NCBI GenBank assembly: GCA_938038385.1
Contig: CALHRD010000012.1
Coordinates: forward strand, 19,541 to 83,540
Source: an uncultured Burkholderiales bacterium
GTDB taxonomy: Bacteria; Pseudomonadota; Gammaproteobacteria; Burkholderiales; Thiobacillaceae
Reading direction: 5' to 3'
Length of the DNA: 64,000 nucleotides
Part shown: positions 45,623-58,552 of the stretch, in pieces
Layout of the letters: each line of letters starts with the position of its first letter
Position numbering within the stretch: the first letter of the stretch is position 1
Notes under the pieces: generated by a model
Database searches by the model: none
What the model saw: the letters and a program-made list of their open reading frames with translations, nothing else
Told to the model about the DNA's origin: nothing
Made by a program: the position numbers and the translations under genes

Positions 45623-45802
45623 TCACCCGAGCAGGCGACGCATCAGCATGAGTAGACCGATGGTGGCGGCGAGGGCCACGCCGCCCTTGAAGGCATAGCC
45701 GGCCAGCCTGAGCCAGCGCGGATCGCGGCTCAGGGCGTAGCCCAGCAGGGCGAAGATGACGGCGATTGCACAGGCGGCGGCCAGGATGCGCAGGGCGAGC
45801 AT
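45623..45802 (-). CDS. small two-helix membrane protein (59 aa), hypothetical
   Basis: [24 protein letters not shown]...GGVALAATIGLLMLM. Its ATG overlaps the lpxC stop by 1 nt (TGATG). Weak call. Confidence 0.35.
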   Translation of the reverse strand: MLALRILAAACAIAVIFALLGYALSRDPRWLRLAGYAFKGGVALAATIGLLMLMRRLLG

Positions 45803-46716
45803 CAGGCCGCGAGCGGGTGCAGCCGGAGGATGGCGCCGGGAGCGCTGGCCGCGTCGGTGTAACTCACCCACTCCCAGGCCGTGACGTCGGCCAGGAGCGC
45901 GCGCAGCAGTCTGTTGTTGAGGCCATGCCCGGACTTGTAGGCGGTGAATGCCCCGATGATCGGGTGGCCGGCCATGTACAGGTCGCCCACGGCGTCGAGC
46001 ACCTTGTGCTTGACGAACTCGTCGGCGTAGCGCAGCCCGCCTTCGTTGAGCACGCGGTATTCGTCCATCACCAGGGCGTTGTCCAGCGTACCGCCACGCG
46101 CCAGGCCCGCGCTGCGCAGGTGCTCCACCTCGCGCATGAAGCCGAAGGTGCGGGCGCGGCTGACCTCCTTGACGTAGGACTGTTCGGCCAGGTCGATGCT
46201 GACCTCCTGTCCGGAACGCTGCAGGACGGGGTGCTCGAAGTCGATGCGGAAGCTGAGCTTGTAGCCGTCGTGGGGCGAGAACTCGGCCCACTTGTCGCCC
46301 TCCTCCACGCGCACGCTGTGCCGCACGCGGATGTAGCGCCGGGGCGCGGACTGGTCCTCCAGACCGGCGGACTGGATGAGGAAGACGAAGGGGGCGGCGG
46401 AGCCGTCGAGGATGGGCACCTCGGGGCCGGTGAGATCGATGTGGACGTTGTCCACGCCCAGGCCGGCGAGCGCCGACATCAGGTGTTCGACGGTGGCGAT
46501 CTTCACGCCGTCACGCTCGATGGCCGAGCACAGCCGGGTGTCGGTCACCCGCTCTGGGGACACCGGGATATCCACGGGGGGGTCCACGTCGAGGCGCCGG
46601 AAGACGATGCCGGTGTCGGGCCGGGCCGGACGCAGGGTCATCTCGACCTTGCAGCCGGTGTGCAGCCCGACGCCGGTGGCGCGGACGATGGACTTCAGTG
46701 TGCGTTGCGGGATCAT
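45802..46716 (-). CDS. lpxC: UDP-3-O-acyl-N-acetylglucosamine deacetylase
   Basis: [21 protein letters not shown]...TVEHL.SAL.GLGVDN and [11 protein letters not shown] are typical LpxC motifs. Confidence 0.95.
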   Translation of the reverse strand: MIPQRTLKSIVRATGVGLHTGCKVEMTLRPARPDTGIVFRRLDVDPPVDIPVSPERVTDTRLCSAIERDGVKIATVEHLMSALAGLGVDNVHIDLTGPEVPILDGSAAPFVFLIQSAGLEDQSAPRRYIRVRHSVRVEEGDKWAEFSPHDGYKLSFRIDFEHPVLQRSGQEVSIDLAEQSYVKEVSRARTFGFMREVEHLRSAGLARGGTLDNALVMDEYRVLNEGGLRYADEFVKHKVLDAVGDLYMAGHPIIGAFTAYKSGHGLNNRLLRALLADVTAWEWVSYTDAASAPGAILRLHPLAA

Positions 46717-46879
46717 GCCGCTATTGTAGCCTTCGATGGGGTGCGGCCAGGCTGACAGGCGTCCGGGTGTCCGACGCGGTCAGCGATTTGTGGGTGTCGG
46801 ACTACATCCCTGGGGGTACGGGAGGGTTGCCGGGGCTAGCCTCCCGTGCGCGCAGCAGGCTGCCTCTCGCGTGACTGGG

Positions 46880-46963
46880 CCCTCTCCACCGGCCCTCCCC
46901 CGAGGAGGAGGGAGCGGTGCAGTGACCATGGGACTCCCGCCTGGGGGTATGCGCCTTCTCCCC
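46880..46963. repeat. interspersed intergenic repeat, family 1 (copy D, diverged)
   Basis: CCCTCTCC...GAGGAGGAGGGAGCGGTGCAGTGACCATGGGACTCCCGCC..., lying between lpxC and ftsZ. Similarity to the other copies is weaker. Confidence 0.45.
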
Positions 46964-46966
46964 GCA

Positions 46967-48157
<1,191 letters not shown>

Positions 48158-48256
48158 GTCACACCTCCTCGTCACGCGGAATAAAAACGGGAATGGGGGA
48201 TGGGGAAGGGGTGATGGGGTGGAGCTTCCCCCATTGCCCATCCTCCATCCCCGCTG

Positions 48257-49483
48257 TCAAAAATTCTGTTGAAACCATTGCTTCATCCTTTCGAACACCT
48301 GTTTGAAACTGGCCCCCTGGATCTTGCTGACCTGGTCGAGCTCGTGCTTTTCCAGACCGGCGAGCAGCAGCCCCACGCTGGTGGCGTAGCGCGGGCTGCG
48401 TACCCGTTCCGACAACCCGCCCACGTATTCGGGTATGCCGAGGCGCACGGGCATGTGGAAGACCTCCTCGGCCAGTTCCACCATGCCCTTCATGGCGCTG
48501 GAGCCGCCGCTCAAGACCAGGCCGGAGGAGATCTGCTCCTCGAAGCCGCTGCGCCGCAGCTCGGCCTGGATCAGGCTGTATAGCTCCTCCACGCGCGGCT
48601 CGATCACCTCCGAGAGGGTCTGCATGGACAGCATGCGCGGCCCGCGCTCGCCGATGCCGGGCACCTCGATCATGTCGCGCGGGGCGAGCTGGCGCAGGGC
48701 CACGCCGTGCTGGATCTTCAGGTCCTCCGCCTCGCGCGTGGGGGTGCGCAGGGTCATGGCGATGTCGTTGGTGATCTGGTCACCGGCGATGGGGATCACC
48801 GCCGTGTGCTGGATGGCGCCGCGGGTGAACACGGCGATGTCGGTGGTGCCGCCGCCGATGTCCACCAGACAGACGCCGAGGTCCTTCTCGTCCTCGTTGA
48901 GCACGGCGAGCGAGGAGGCGAGGGGCTGCAGGATCAGGTCCTTGACCTCCAGTCCGCAGCGGCGCACGCACTTGACGATGTTCTGGGCGGCGGAGACGGC
49001 GCCGGTGACGATGTGCACCTTCACCTCCAGGCGCACGCCGCTCATGCCCTGCGGTTCGCGCACGCCCTCCTGGCCGTCGATGATGAATTCCTGCGGCAGC
49101 ACGTGCAGGATCTGCTGGTCGGTGGAGATGTTCACAGCGCGCGCGGTCTCGATCACCCGTTCGATGTCGGCGTGGGTCACCTCGCGATCGCGGATGGGCA
49201 CCATGCCGTGGGAATTGAGCGAGCGGATGTGGCTGCCGCTCACGCCGGCATAGACCTGGGAGATCTTGCAGTTGGCCATCAGCTCCGCCTCTTCCAGGGC
49301 GCGCTGGATGGCCGAGACGGTGGTCTCGATGTTGACCACCACGCCTTTCCTGAGACCGCGCGAGGGGGCCGAGCCCATGCCCAGGATGTTGATGCCGCCA
49401 TCCAAGGTGACCTCGGCCACCAGGGTGACGATCTTGGAGGTGCCGATGTCCAGGCCGACGATGAGGTCCTTGTTTTCGCGCAT
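48257..49483 (-). CDS. ftsA: cell division protein FtsA
   Basis: Actin-like fold (LIVGLDIGTSKI...VDIGGGTTDIAVF) and its position between ftsQ and ftsZ. Confidence 0.95.
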   Translation of the reverse strand: MRENKDLIVGLDIGTSKIVTLVAEVTLDGGINILGMGSAPSRGLRKGVVVNIETTVSAIQRALEEAELMANCKISQVYAGVSGSHIRSLNSHGMVPIRDREVTHADIERVIETARAVNISTDQQILHVLPQEFIIDGQEGVREPQGMSGVRLEVKVHIVTGAVSAAQNIVKCVRRCGLEVKDLILQPLASSLAVLNEDEKDLGVCLVDIGGGTTDIAVFTRGAIQHTAVIPIAGDQITNDIAMTLRTPTREAEDLKIQHGVALRQLAPRDMIEVPGIGERGPRMLSMQTLSEVIEPRVEELYSLIQAELRRSGFEEQISSGLVLSGGSSAMKGMVELAEEVFHMPVRLGIPEYVGGLSERVRSPRYATSVGLLLAGLEKHELDQVSKIQGASFKQVFERMKQWFQQNF

Positions 49484-49484
49484 A

Positions 49485-50303
49485 TCAGCTGATGGAGTCG
49501 TATTGACGGGTGGCTGGTGAGGACAGGGCCGAGGGGGAGGACAGCGCGGCCGTGCGCTTCCTCTCGCCGACCTTGGGCAGGCGAGCGGCGAAGCCGTTGG
49601 GGTAGCGCAGGTCGATCTGGGTCAGCGGACCCAGGCGTGCCGTGGCGGCGTCGTAGAAGGTCAGGAAGCGTTGCACGCGTTCCGCCTGCCGGTCGCGGCC
49701 GAGTTCCAGGCTGACGCGCGGCGTGGGCCCGGCGGCGGCCAGGATCTCGCTGCGGGTCGGGGTCGCCGGCGCCAGGGCCAGACGCCAGGCGCCGCGCGGG
49801 CTGACCTGCAGAGAGGCGATGCGCCACCCGGCCGGGGCCACCAGGGTCTGGAACTCCGCCAGGCGGACGGCGACCTGACGTTGCATGCCCTCCGGCGCAT
49901 GGATGCGCGGTAAGCTATCCCAGGGACGCACTGGGAAGAGCTCGCCCTGCACGCTCAGGACCTGCTGCCCGTTCCAGGCCGCCGCCGGTACGTGCTCGCG
50001 CAACTCGACCAGCAGCCGGTTTGGCCACAGCCGGCGCACCGTGGCCTGCCGTACCCACGGCATGCGCTCGAAGGCCTGTCGGGCGGTGTCGAGGTCGAGG
50101 GTGAAGAACCCGCCCCGGAGGCCATGGATCACCTGTCTCAGCTCGCGCTGCGTCTCGGCCTGGCGGGCCCCGAGCACGGTCACTTCGCGGAAGGGGAACA
50201 GTTCCTCGGTGACGACCGGGACGACGACCATGCCCACGGCCAGTCCTGCCAGGAGCAGGATCCAGGCGCTCATCCGGTTGAGCCGGCGGTGGTCATTCCA
50301 CAT
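49485..50303 (-). CDS. ftsQ: cell division protein FtsQ
   Basis: Trimmed to the ATG giving [11 protein letters not shown] single transmembrane helix, then a POTRA-like region. It overlaps the ddl stop. Confidence 0.85.
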   Translation of the reverse strand: MWNDHRRLNRMSAWILLLAGLAVGMVVVPVVTEELFPFREVTVLGARQAETQRELRQVIHGLRGGFFTLDLDTARQAFERMPWVRQATVRRLWPNRLLVELREHVPAAAWNGQQVLSVQGELFPVRPWDSLPRIHAPEGMQRQVAVRLAEFQTLVAPAGWRIASLQVSPRGAWRLALAPATPTRSEILAAAGPTPRVSLELGRDRQAERVQRFLTFYDAATARLGPLTQIDLRYPNGFAARLPKVGERKRTAALSSPSALSSPATRQYDSIS

Positions 50304-51240
50304 CGGCGTCCCTCCGGGCCGACGCCAGGATGCGCAGGCACAGCGCGTCGAAGTCGATGCCTGCCGCACGGGCGGCCATGGGCACCAGGCTGTGGTCGGT
50401 CATGCCCGGCGCGGTGTTGATCTCCAGCAGCTGGGGCCGACCCTGCTCGTCGAGCAGGATGTCCACCCGCCCCCACCCGCGGCAGCCCAATACGGCGAAG
50501 GCTTGCCGCGCGAGATCGCGCATCGTTGCCTCCTGGTCGGCGCTCAGTCCGGCGGGGCAGAGATAGCGCGTGTCGTCGCGGAAATACTTGGCCTCGTAGT
50601 CGTAGAACTCGGTTGCCGGAACGATGCGGATGACGGGCAGGGCCTCGAGATGCGCTTCGTCGCCGAGGATGGCCACGGTGTATTCACCGCCGCTCAGGTA
50701 GCGCTCGGCCAACACCAGCGCATCGTGCCGGGCCGCCTCCGCATAGGCCGCGCGCAGACCGCCGGCGGTCTTCACCTTGCTCACGCCGACACTGGAGCCC
50801 TCGCAGGCCGGCTTGACGAACAGGGGCAGGCCCAGCTCGCGTTCGACGGCGGCGAAATCGCTGCGTGGGTCGAGCAGTCGGTAGGCCGGAACCGGCAGCC
50901 CCGCACCCTGCCAGACCAGCTTGGTGCGCCACTTGTCCATCCCCAGGGCGGAGGCCATGACACCGCTGCCGGTGTAGGGGATGCCCATCAGCTCCAGGAC
51001 CCCCTGCAGGGTGCCGTCCTCGCCGCCCCGTCCGTGCAGGATGAGGAAGACGCGGTCGAAGCCCGAGCGCTCCAGTTCCGACAGCGTGTGTTCCGCCGGG
51101 TCGAAGGCGTGCGCGTCCACCCCCTGCCGGCGCAGCGCGGCGAGCACCGCGGCACCGCTTTTGAGCGAGATCTCGCGCTCGGCGGAGCGTCCCCCCATGA
51201 GCACACCCACCTTGCCCAAAGCCTTGACATCGATCTGCAT
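50293..51240 (-). CDS. ddl: D-alanine--D-alanine ligase
   Basis: [16 protein letters not shown]..., an ATP-grasp body, and ...LLEINT.PGMT. Confidence 0.93.
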   Translation of the reverse strand: MQIDVKALGKVGVLMGGRSAEREISLKSGAAVLAALRRQGVDAHAFDPAEHTLSELERSGFDRVFLILHGRGGEDGTLQGVLELMGIPYTGSGVMASALGMDKWRTKLVWQGAGLPVPAYRLLDPRSDFAAVERELGLPLFVKPACEGSSVGVSKVKTAGGLRAAYAEAARHDALVLAERYLSGGEYTVAILGDEAHLEALPVIRIVPATEFYDYEAKYFRDDTRYLCPAGLSADQEATMRDLARQAFAVLGCRGWGRVDILLDEQGRPQLLEINTAPGMTDHSLVPMAARAAGIDFDALCLRILASARRDADVE

Positions 51241-51249
51241 GGCTCCCCC

Positions 51250-52206
51250 TTAGCCTCGCTCGCCCACGATCCTCACCTCGCGCGTGAGCCTCACCCCGGT
51301 CCTGGCCTCGACCACGGTCTCCACCCGCTCGATCAGGGCCTCGATGTCGCGCGCACGGGCGCCACCCGTGTTGACGATGAAATTGGCGTGCTTCTCCGAG
51401 ACCTGCGCGCCGCCGATGCGGGTACCCTTCAGGCCGCAAGACTCGATCAGCCGCGCGGCATGATCCCCCGGTGGATTGCGGAAGACGGAGCCGGCGTTGG
51501 GTAGGCTCAGCGGCTGGCTCGCCACGCGCCGCGCCAGCAGGCGCTTGATCTCCTCGCGCGAGGCTGCCCCGTCTCCCTTCTCCAGCATCAGCCAGGCCGC
51601 CACGAACCACTCCTCGCGTGGCTGGCTGGGGGCGACGTGGCGATAGCCGATCCCGAAATCACGCGGCTGGCGGGTATGGATTTCCCCGCCCCGGTCGATG
51701 GTCAACACCTGGGCGACGATCTCCCAGGTCTCGCGGCCGTAGCAGCCGGCGTTCATGGCCAGCGCCCCGCCCACGGTACCGGGGATGCCGGCCAGGAATT
51801 CCGCCCCCACCAGGCCATGGTTGGCGGCGAAGCGGGCGACCTTCGGGCTGGCCACGCCGGCCTCGGCGTAGATCACCCCCATGCCGGCCTCCTCACGACC
51901 CTCCCAGGGTGTGCCCCGTCGGCGGCTCTCCAGACACAGGGTGCCCAGGGCCTTGTGCAGGAGGATGACGGTGCCGCGGAAACCGCCGTCGCGCACCAGC
52001 AGGTTACTGCCCAGGCCGACGAAGCAAAGCGGCTCATGCGCCTCCAGGGTGCGCAGGAATACGACCAGGTCCTCCAGGTCGGCCGGGACGTAGAGCCGAT
52101 CTGCGACCCCGCCCGCCCGCCAGGAGACGCGGCGACTCATGTCGACATGGAAGGCCAGCTCGCCGCGCAGGCCGGGAATGGCGAGATCGGTCTCGGCAGC
52201 CATCAT
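51250..52206 (-). CDS. murB: UDP-N-acetylenolpyruvoylglucosamine reductase
   Basis: Trimmed to the ATG giving MMAAETD, which overlaps the murC stop. Carries [10 protein letters not shown], the [12 protein letters not shown]-binding motif and GSVFRNP. Confidence 0.9.
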   Translation of the reverse strand: MMAAETDLAIPGLRGELAFHVDMSRRVSWRAGGVADRLYVPADLEDLVVFLRTLEAHEPLCFVGLGSNLLVRDGGFRGTVILLHKALGTLCLESRRRGTPWEGREEAGMGVIYAEAGVASPKVARFAANHGLVGAEFLAGIPGTVGGALAMNAGCYGRETWEIVAQVLTIDRGGEIHTRQPRDFGIGYRHVAPSQPREEWFVAAWLMLEKGDGAASREEIKRLLARRVASQPLSLPNAGSVFRNPPGDHAARLIESCGLKGTRIGGAQVSEKHANFIVNTGGARARDIEALIERVETVVEARTGVRLTREVRIVGERG

Positions 52207-53600
52207 GGTTTGACCCCCAAGGCGGCGAGCTGGCCGGGGACCTGACCGATGGAACCGGCGCCCATGGTCAGCACGACGTCGCCGTCGCGGATGAGGTCGA
52301 TGAGCGCCCGCGGCAGATCGGCCACCTCGGCGACGAACACGGGCTCCACCCTGCCCGCCACGCGCACGGCACGCGCCAGACTGCGGCCGTCGGCGGCGAC
52401 GATCGGGGTCTCGCCGGCGGCATAGACCTCGGTGAGCAACAGGGCGTCCGCCTGCGAGAGCACCTGCACGAAGTCCTCGAACAGGTCGCGGGTGCGGGTG
52501 TAGCGGTGCGGCTGGAAGACCAGCAGCAGGCGGCGGCCGGGATAGGCGCCACGGGCGGCGGCCAGGGTGGCCGCCATCTCGGCCGGGTGATGGCCATAAT
52601 CGTCCACCAGAGAGAAACGGCGGCCGTCCGGGAGCCGCACCTCGCCATGGCGCTGGAAGCGCCGGCCCACCCCGCTGAAACCGGCCAGGGCGCGCTGCAC
52701 CGACGCGTCGGGCAGTTGCAGCTCCCAGGCCACGGCGATGGCGGCCAGGGCGTTCAACACGTTGTGGCGGCCGGGCAGGCTCAAGCGCACCTCGATGGGT
52801 GAACGCTCGCCGTTGCGCAGGGCGGTAAAGGCCATGCTGCCGCCCTCCTCGCGCACGTCCACCGCTTGGATGGCGCAGTCCTCGCTCATGCCGTAGGTCA
52901 TCACCGGGCGGTCCACGCGCGGCAGGATGGCGCGCACATTGGGGTCGTCGGCGCACAGAACGGCCATGCCCCAGAACGGCAGGCGGTGCAGGAACTCGAC
53001 GAAGGCCGACTTCAGCCGCTCGAAGTCGTGGCCGTAGGTCTCCATGTGGTCCTGATCGATGTTGGTCACCACCGAGATCACCGGATTGAGGTGCAGGAAG
53101 GAGGCGTCGGACTCGTCCGCCTCGGCCACCAGGTATTCGCCCTGCCCCAGCCGCGCATTGGCCCCAGCGGCCAGCAGCTTGCCGCCGATGACGAAAGTGG
53201 GGTCACGGCCCGCCTCCGAGAGCACGCTGGCGATCAGGCTGGTGGTGGTGGTCTTGCCGTGGGTGCCGGCCACGGCGATGCCCTGCTTGAAGCGCATCAG
53301 CTCGGCGAGCATCATGGCCCGCGCCACCACCGGGATCCTGGCCGCGCGGGCGGCGAGCACCTCCGGGTTGTCCGCCTGCACGGCGGTGGAGGTCACCAGC
53401 ACGTCGGCACCTTGGATGTGCGCTGCATCATGACCGCGATGGATACGCGCGCCCAGCCCGGCCAGGCGCCGCGTGGCCGCATTCTCGCCCAGGTCGCTGC
53501 CGGACACCGTGTAGCCCAGGTTCAGCAGCACCTCGGCAATGCCGCTCATGCCGGCGCCGCCTATACCGACGAAATGTACGTGGCGTACCTTGTGTTTCAT
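52203..53600 (-). CDS. murC: UDP-N-acetylmuramate--L-alanine ligase
   Basis: Trimmed to the ATG giving [25 protein letters not shown], with an ATGA overlap with the murG stop. Carries the Mur ligase motif GTHGKTTT. Confidence 0.93.
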   Translation of the reverse strand: MKHKVRHVHFVGIGGAGMSGIAEVLLNLGYTVSGSDLGENAATRRLAGLGARIHRGHDAAHIQGADVLVTSTAVQADNPEVLAARAARIPVVARAMMLAELMRFKQGIAVAGTHGKTTTTSLIASVLSEAGRDPTFVIGGKLLAAGANARLGQGEYLVAEADESDASFLHLNPVISVVTNIDQDHMETYGHDFERLKSAFVEFLHRLPFWGMAVLCADDPNVRAILPRVDRPVMTYGMSEDCAIQAVDVREEGGSMAFTALRNGERSPIEVRLSLPGRHNVLNALAAIAVAWELQLPDASVQRALAGFSGVGRRFQRHGEVRLPDGRRFSLVDDYGHHPAEMAATLAAARGAYPGRRLLLVFQPHRYTRTRDLFEDFVQVLSQADALLLTEVYAAGETPIVAADGRSLARAVRVAGRVEPVFVAEVADLPRALIDLIRDGDVVLTMGAGSIGQVPGQLAALGVKP

Positions 53601-54694
53601 CCCGCCAACTCCTTCACCACGGCCGCCACCCGTGCGGTGGCGTCCGGCTTGGCCAGACTTCGCGCGCGGACGGCGCGTTCCAGCAACTCGGTGCGGCTGC
53701 GCGCGGCGAGCCAGTCGGCCAGACGCTGGGGGGTCAGGTCCTTCTGCTGCATCAGCCAGGCCGCGTCTGCATCGGCCAGAAAGCGGGCGTTCTCGGTCTG
53801 GTGGTCGTCTACCGCATAGGGGTAGGGGACGAACAGGGCGGCCACGCCGGCAGCGGCGATCTCCGCAACGGTGGCGGCCCCCGCCCGGCAGATGACCAGA
53901 TCCGCCCAGGCATAGGCCGCGGCCATGTCGGTGACGAACTCCAGGCATTCGGCCGCCACGTCGGCGGCGCCGTAGTGGGCCTGCAGCGCTTGCAGCTTGC
54001 CGCGACCGCCTTGGTGACGGACCAGGGGGCGGGCCTCCGGGGGCAGCAGGGCCAGTGCTTGAGGGACGATCTCATTCAGGGCCTGGGCCCCCTGGCTGCC
54101 GCCCACCACCAGCAGACGCAGGGGACCCGAACGCCCGGCATGGCGCAGGCCGGGCTCGGGCAGCGCGGCGATCTCCGGCCGCACCGGGTTGCCCACCCAT
54201 TGCGCTTCGACCTTGCCGCAGGGAAGCGGTCTATCCTTGCCGTGTGTGAAGGCGGCGGGCAGGCCCAGCAGAACCCGGTCGGCCAGGCAGGCCAGTACCC
54301 GATTGGTCAACCCGGCCACTGCATTCTGCTCATGGATGGCCAGCGGACGATTGAACAGGGCGGCCATCATGCCGCCGGGGAAGGCGGCGTAGCCCCCGAG
54401 GCCGAGCGCGGCGTCGGGGCGTACGCGGAAGATGGCGCGGGCGGCCTGCCAGAAGGCGACGAGCAGCCGCAGCGGCAGCAGGACCAGGCGCAGCGGCCCC
54501 CTGCCGCGCACCCCGCCGAAGGACAGCCACTCCATGTCATAGCCCCGCTCGGGTGCGAGCCGCGCCTCCATGCCGGTGCGCGTGCCCAGCCACACCACCC
54601 GCCAGCCGTCGCCGCGCAGCCGGTCGGCGACGGCGAGCGCCGGGAACACGTGGCCGCCGGTGCCTCCCGCCATGATGAGCACGGTGCGGGTCAT
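53597..54694 (-). CDS. murG: undecaprenyldiphospho-muramoylpentapeptide beta-N-acetylglucosaminyltransferase
   Basis: [23 protein letters not shown] is the canonical MurG N-terminus. An alternative GTG start lies at 54718. Confidence 0.9.
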   Translation of the reverse strand: MTRTVLIMAGGTGGHVFPALAVADRLRGDGWRVVWLGTRTGMEARLAPERGYDMEWLSFGGVRGRGPLRLVLLPLRLLVAFWQAARAIFRVRPDAALGLGGYAAFPGGMMAALFNRPLAIHEQNAVAGLTNRVLACLADRVLLGLPAAFTHGKDRPLPCGKVEAQWVGNPVRPEIAALPEPGLRHAGRSGPLRLLVVGGSQGAQALNEIVPQALALLPPEARPLVRHQGGRGKLQALQAHYGAADVAAECLEFVTDMAAAYAWADLVICRAGAATVAEIAAAGVAALFVPYPYAVDDHQTENARFLADADAAWLMQQKDLTPQRLADWLAARSRTELLERAVRARSLAKPDATARVAAVVKELAG

Positions 54695-54702
54695 GTCTTT
54701 TC

Positions 54703-54725
54703 CCCCCGCATCAGGCACCTGTTTT
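54703..54725. repeat. 23-bp direct repeat, copy 1 (upstream of the murG start)
   Basis: CCCCCGCATCAGGCACCTGTTTT is identical to the sequence at 54846-54868. An inverted 14-nt copy, AAACAGGTGCCTGA, lies at 54783-54796. Confidence 0.9.
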
Positions 54726-54833
54726 GGCTCCGGCCGCTGCTTCGCGGCTTGACATGCGCGGTGCGCACGTCAGCCTGCGCCGAAACAGGTGCCTGAACCG
54801 TGCCTGCGTTGACCCGCCTGTCTGAATCGAGCA

Positions 54834-55988
54834 TCACGCCCTTCTCCCCCGCATCAGGCACCTGTTTTCATAATCGATGCGCACCAGGAGGGCGAGGGCC
54901 AGGCAGTTGGCGACGATGCCGGAGCCGCCGTAGCTCATCAGGGGGAGGGTGAGGCCCTTGGTGGGCAGCAGCCCCAGGTTCACGCCCATGTTGATGAAAC
55001 CCTGCACGCCCATCCACACCCCGATGCCCTGCGCCACCAGGGCGGGAAAGTTGCGTTCCATCAGGGCCGCCTGCCAGCCGATGGAAAAGGCGCGCCAGGT
55101 GAGCCAGGCGAACAGGACGATGACGATCAGCACGCCGATCAGTCCGAGTTCCTCGCCGATCACCGCGAGCAGGAAGTCGTTGTGCGCCTCCGGCAGGTAA
55201 TGCAGCTTCTCCACGCTGTCGCCCAGGCCCACGCCGGTGAATTCGCCGCGGCCGAAGGCGATGAGGGCGTGGGTCAACTGATAGCCCTTGCCGAGGGGGT
55301 CGTCCCAGGGGTTGAGATAACCGGCCATGCGCGCCATGCGGTAGGGCGACATGGCGATGAGCAGCACGAAGCCCAGCGCCAGCAGCAGGATAAGGCCGAC
55401 GAACAGGCGCCAGTTCAGTCCGCCTAGGAACAGGATACCCAGCGCGATGACGACGATGACGGCGAAGGCGCCGAAGTCCGGCTCCAGCAGCAGGAGGGTG
55501 CCCACCGCCAGCATGACGGCGAACATCGGCATGAAGCCTTTGCGCACGCTGTCCATCAGAGCGGCCTTGCGCACTGTGTAGTCGGCGGCGTAGAGGACGA
55601 CGGCCAGCTTCATGAACTCGGAGGGCTGCAGATTGCCCAGCGTCCCCAGAGGGATCCAGCGCCGGGCGCCCTTGACCTCGTGGCCTATGCCTGGAATCAA
55701 TACCAGCAGCAGCAGGATGACGCCGAGGACGAACAGGCCGGGGGCCATCCGCTGCCACAGGCGGCTTGGCAACTGGAAGGCGGCATAGGCGAGCGACAGC
55801 CCCACCACCAGGTACATGCCGTGGCGGGTGAGGTAGTGGTTGGGATTGCCGCTGGCCGCCTCGGCGGTGGCCACGGACGCCGAGTAGACCATGACCAGAC
55901 CCATGCCCAGCAGGGCGAACGCCACCCACATCAGCCACCAGTCATAGGGGGCCAGACCGGAGCGCCGGAGACCGATGTTATTGAACAT
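54834..55988 (-). CDS. ftsW: peptidoglycan glycosyltransferase FtsW (SEDS family)
   Basis: Trimmed to the ATG giving MFNNIGL, with a GGAGG RBS. Polytopic SEDS protein (PSEF.K...HNDF...GL.P.KG...P..SYGGS). Confidence 0.9.
   Translation of the reverse strand: MFNNIGLRRSGLAPYDWWLMWVAFALLGMGLVMVYSASVATAEAASGNPNHYLTRHGMYLVVGLSLAYAAFQLPSRLWQRMAPGLFVLGVILLLLVLIPGIGHEVKGARRWIPLGTLGNLQPSEFMKLAVVLYAADYTVRKAALMDSVRKGFMPMFAVMLAVGTLLLLEPDFGAFAVIVVIALGILFLGGLNWRLFVGLILLLALGFVLLIAMSPYRMARMAGYLNPWDDPLGKGYQLTHALIAFGRGEFTGVGLGDSVEKLHYLPEAHNDFLLAVIGEELGLIGVLIVIVLFAWLTWRAFSIGWQAALMERNFPALVAQGIGVWMGVQGFINMGVNLGLLPTKGLTLPLMSYGGSGIVANCLALALLVRIDYENRCLMRGRRA
54846..54868. repeat. 23-bp direct repeat, copy 2 (encodes the FtsW C-terminus)
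   Basis: CCCCCGCATCAGGCACCTGTTTT. On the minus strand it encodes ...NRCLMRG... of FtsW. Confidence 0.9.
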
Positions 55989-57456
55989 CGGGTCCTCCCG
56001 GCGGCGTGGGGATGGCGGGGCGGGGTGCGGCGGATTCGAGCTTGCGCACGGCGGCGACGAACACCTCGGCGCGGTGCAGGTAGTCGCGGAACATGTCGAA
56101 GCTGGCGCAGGCCGGGGAGAGCAGGACGGCGTCCCCGGGCTCGGCCTGGGCGTGTGCCAGGCCGACGGCCTCTTCCAGGCTGCCGGCATGCAGGCAGCGG
56201 GCGGCCCCCGCCAGCGCCGCCTCGATGAGGGGGGCGTCGCGGCCGATAAGGATCACCGCCCGGGCGCGACTCACGGCGGCGCGCAGGGGTGTGAAGTCCT
56301 GACCCTTGCCGTCGCCGCCGGCGATCAGCACCACCGGACATGCGAAACCGTTCAGGGCGGCCACGGTGGCGCCGACGTTGGTGCCCTTGGAGTCGTCATA
56401 CCAGGTGACGCCGTCGATCTCGGCCACCTTCTCGACGCGGTGCGGCAGCCCCCTGAAGGTGGCCAGGCCCTCGAGCAGATGCGGGAGGGGCAGGTCGATG
56501 GCCCGGCACAAGGCGAGGGCGGCCAGGGCATTGGCGGCATTGTGCAGGCCGGCGATGGGCAGATGCTCCACCGGCATGAGGGGCGTGGTCCCTTCCGCCA
56601 GCCACTTTTCGCGACCGCGCTCGGTGATCCCCCATTCGCCGGCCCCGAGTCCGGTAGACAAGCCGAAGGTCGACAGCCGCCAGCCGGGACGGGTCATCTT
56701 CATGACCAGCGGATCGTCGCGGTTGAGGACCTGGGTCTGGGTGCGCGGGATCAGCGGCGAAGGTACGGAGGCCAGAGGGCCGAAGATGCGCGCCTTGGCC
56801 GCTGCGTATTCGGTCATGCCGGCGTAGCGGTCCATGTGGTCTTCGCTCAGGTTCAGTACCGTGGCGGCGTCGGGCGCAAGGCTGGCCGTGGTCTCGAGCT
56901 GGAAGCTGGACAATTCCAGCACCCAGACCTCGGGCCGCACGCCGGCGTCTTCCGCCGCGGCCAGGGCGTCGAGCACCGGCAGACCGATGTTGCCGGCCAC
57001 CACCATGTGCCTGCCGGCCGCCCGGCACAGGTGTCCGGCGAGCGCGGTGACCGTGCTCTTGCCGTTCGAACCGGTGATGGCGAGCACAGCCGGGCGCGGG
57101 GGCCGGGGCGCCGGGGACGAGGCGGCGAGGGCGCGGGCGAAGAGTTCCACGTCGCCGACCACGTCCTTGCCGGCAGCGGCGGCGGCGGCGATCTCGGGCG
57201 TGGACACGGGCACGCCGGGGCTGACCACGATCATCTCCGCCCAGTCGAAATCAGCCGTGTCGAGCCGGCCCAGACGCATGGCCAGTTCGGGGTATTCGGT
57301 GCGCAGGCGCTCGGCGTGGGGGGTGGTGGCGCGGGTGTCTGTCGTGCGCACCTGGGCCCCGTGGCGGAGCAGCCAGCGCACGCATGACAGGCCGGTGTCG
57401 CCCAGCCCCACCACCAGGGCCTTGGTCCCAGTGTGGTTCGTCGTCTCCCGCCTCAT
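55978..57456 (-). CDS. murD: UDP-N-acetylmuramoylalanine--D-glutamate ligase
   Basis: [10 protein letters not shown] Rossmann N-terminus, GSNGKST and its position in the dcw order. Confidence 0.92.
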   Translation of the reverse strand: MRRETTNHTGTKALVVGLGDTGLSCVRWLLRHGAQVRTTDTRATTPHAERLRTEYPELAMRLGRLDTADFDWAEMIVVSPGVPVSTPEIAAAAAAGKDVVGDVELFARALAASSPAPRPPRPAVLAITGSNGKSTVTALAGHLCRAAGRHMVVAGNIGLPVLDALAAAEDAGVRPEVWVLELSSFQLETTASLAPDAATVLNLSEDHMDRYAGMTEYAAAKARIFGPLASVPSPLIPRTQTQVLNRDDPLVMKMTRPGWRLSTFGLSTGLGAGEWGITERGREKWLAEGTTPLMPVEHLPIAGLHNAANALAALALCRAIDLPLPHLLEGLATFRGLPHRVEKVAEIDGVTWYDDSKGTNVGATVAALNGFACPVVLIAGGDGKGQDFTPLRAAVSRARAVILIGRDAPLIEAALAGAARCLHAGSLEEAVGLAHAQAEPGDAVLLSPACASFDMFRDYLHRAEVFVAAVRKLESAAPRPAIPTPPGGPDVQ

Positions 57457-57466
57457 GCCACCTGCC

Positions 57467-58552
57467 TCACCTGAGCTTGAGCGTCGACAAGCCGATGAGC
57501 ACCAGCACGATGCTGATGATCCAGAAGCGCACCACCACCTGGGTCTCCTTCCAGCCCTTGATCTCGAAGTGGTGATGGATGGGGGCCATGAGGAAGATGC
57601 GCTTGCGCCTGAGTTTGTAGGAGCCGACCTGGAGCATCACGGAGATCGTCTCCAGCACGAACACCCCGCCCATGATGAAGAGCACGATCTCCTGACGCAC
57701 GATGACCGCCACCACCCCGAGGGCGGCCCCCAGGGCCAGCGCCCCCACGTCGCCCATGAACACCTCGGCCGGGTAGGCATTGAACCAGAGGAAGGCGAGC
57801 CCCGCCCCCACCAGGGCGGCACAGAAGATGGTCAGTTCGCCGGCGCCGGGGATGTGCGGGAGACCCAGGTACTTCGAGAACACGGCATGGCCGGCCACGT
57901 AGGCGAAAATGCCCAGGGCGCCCGCCACCATCACCGTGGGCAGGATGGCCAGCCCGTCCGCGCCGTCGGTGAGGTTGACGGCATTGCTGGTACCGACGAT
58001 GACGAAGTAGGCCAGCACGACGAAACCCAAGACCCCCAGGGGCATGACGATCTGCTTGAAGAAAGGGACGATGAGTTCGGTCTGGGCCGGCAGGTGGGCG
58101 GAGTAGGCCAGGAAGGAGGCCACCGCCAGGGCGATCACCGACTGCCAGAGATACTTCCAGCGCGCCGGCAGGCCGCGCGGATTGCGTTCCACCACCTTGC
58201 GCCAGTCGTCCACCCAGCCGATGGCGCCGAAGCCCAGCAGGGTGAGGAGGGCGATCCACACATAGGTGTTTCTGAGATCGGCCCAGAGCAGGGTGGCCAG
58301 CCCCATGCTGATGAGGATCAGCGCCCCGCCCATGGTGGGGGTGCCGGCCTTGGTCAGATGGCTCTGGGGGCCGTCATCGCGCACGGCCTGGCCGATCTTG
58401 AGCGCCGTCAGGCGCCGGATCATCCAGGGGCCGACCATGAAGGAGATCACCAGGGCGGTGAGCGCCGCCAGCACCGAGCGCAGGGTGATGTACTGGAAGA
58501 CGTTGAAGGCGCGGATGTCGTGGCCCAGCCACTGGGCGAGCATCAGGAGCAT
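57467..58552 (-). CDS. mraY: phospho-N-acetylmuramoyl-pentapeptide transferase
   Basis: MLLMLAQWL...[10 protein letters not shown]...GTPTMGG...[12 protein letters not shown]. Confidence 0.95.
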   Translation of the reverse strand: MLLMLAQWLGHDIRAFNVFQYITLRSVLAALTALVISFMVGPWMIRRLTALKIGQAVRDDGPQSHLTKAGTPTMGGALILISMGLATLLWADLRNTYVWIALLTLLGFGAIGWVDDWRKVVERNPRGLPARWKYLWQSVIALAVASFLAYSAHLPAQTELIVPFFKQIVMPLGVLGFVVLAYFVIVGTSNAVNLTDGADGLAILPTVMVAGALGIFAYVAGHAVFSKYLGLPHIPGAGELTIFCAALVGAGLAFLWFNAYPAEVFMGDVGALALGAALGVVAVIVRQEIVLFIMGGVFVLETISVMLQVGSYKLRRKRIFLMAPIHHHFEIKGWKETQVVVRFWIISIVLVLIGLSTLKLR

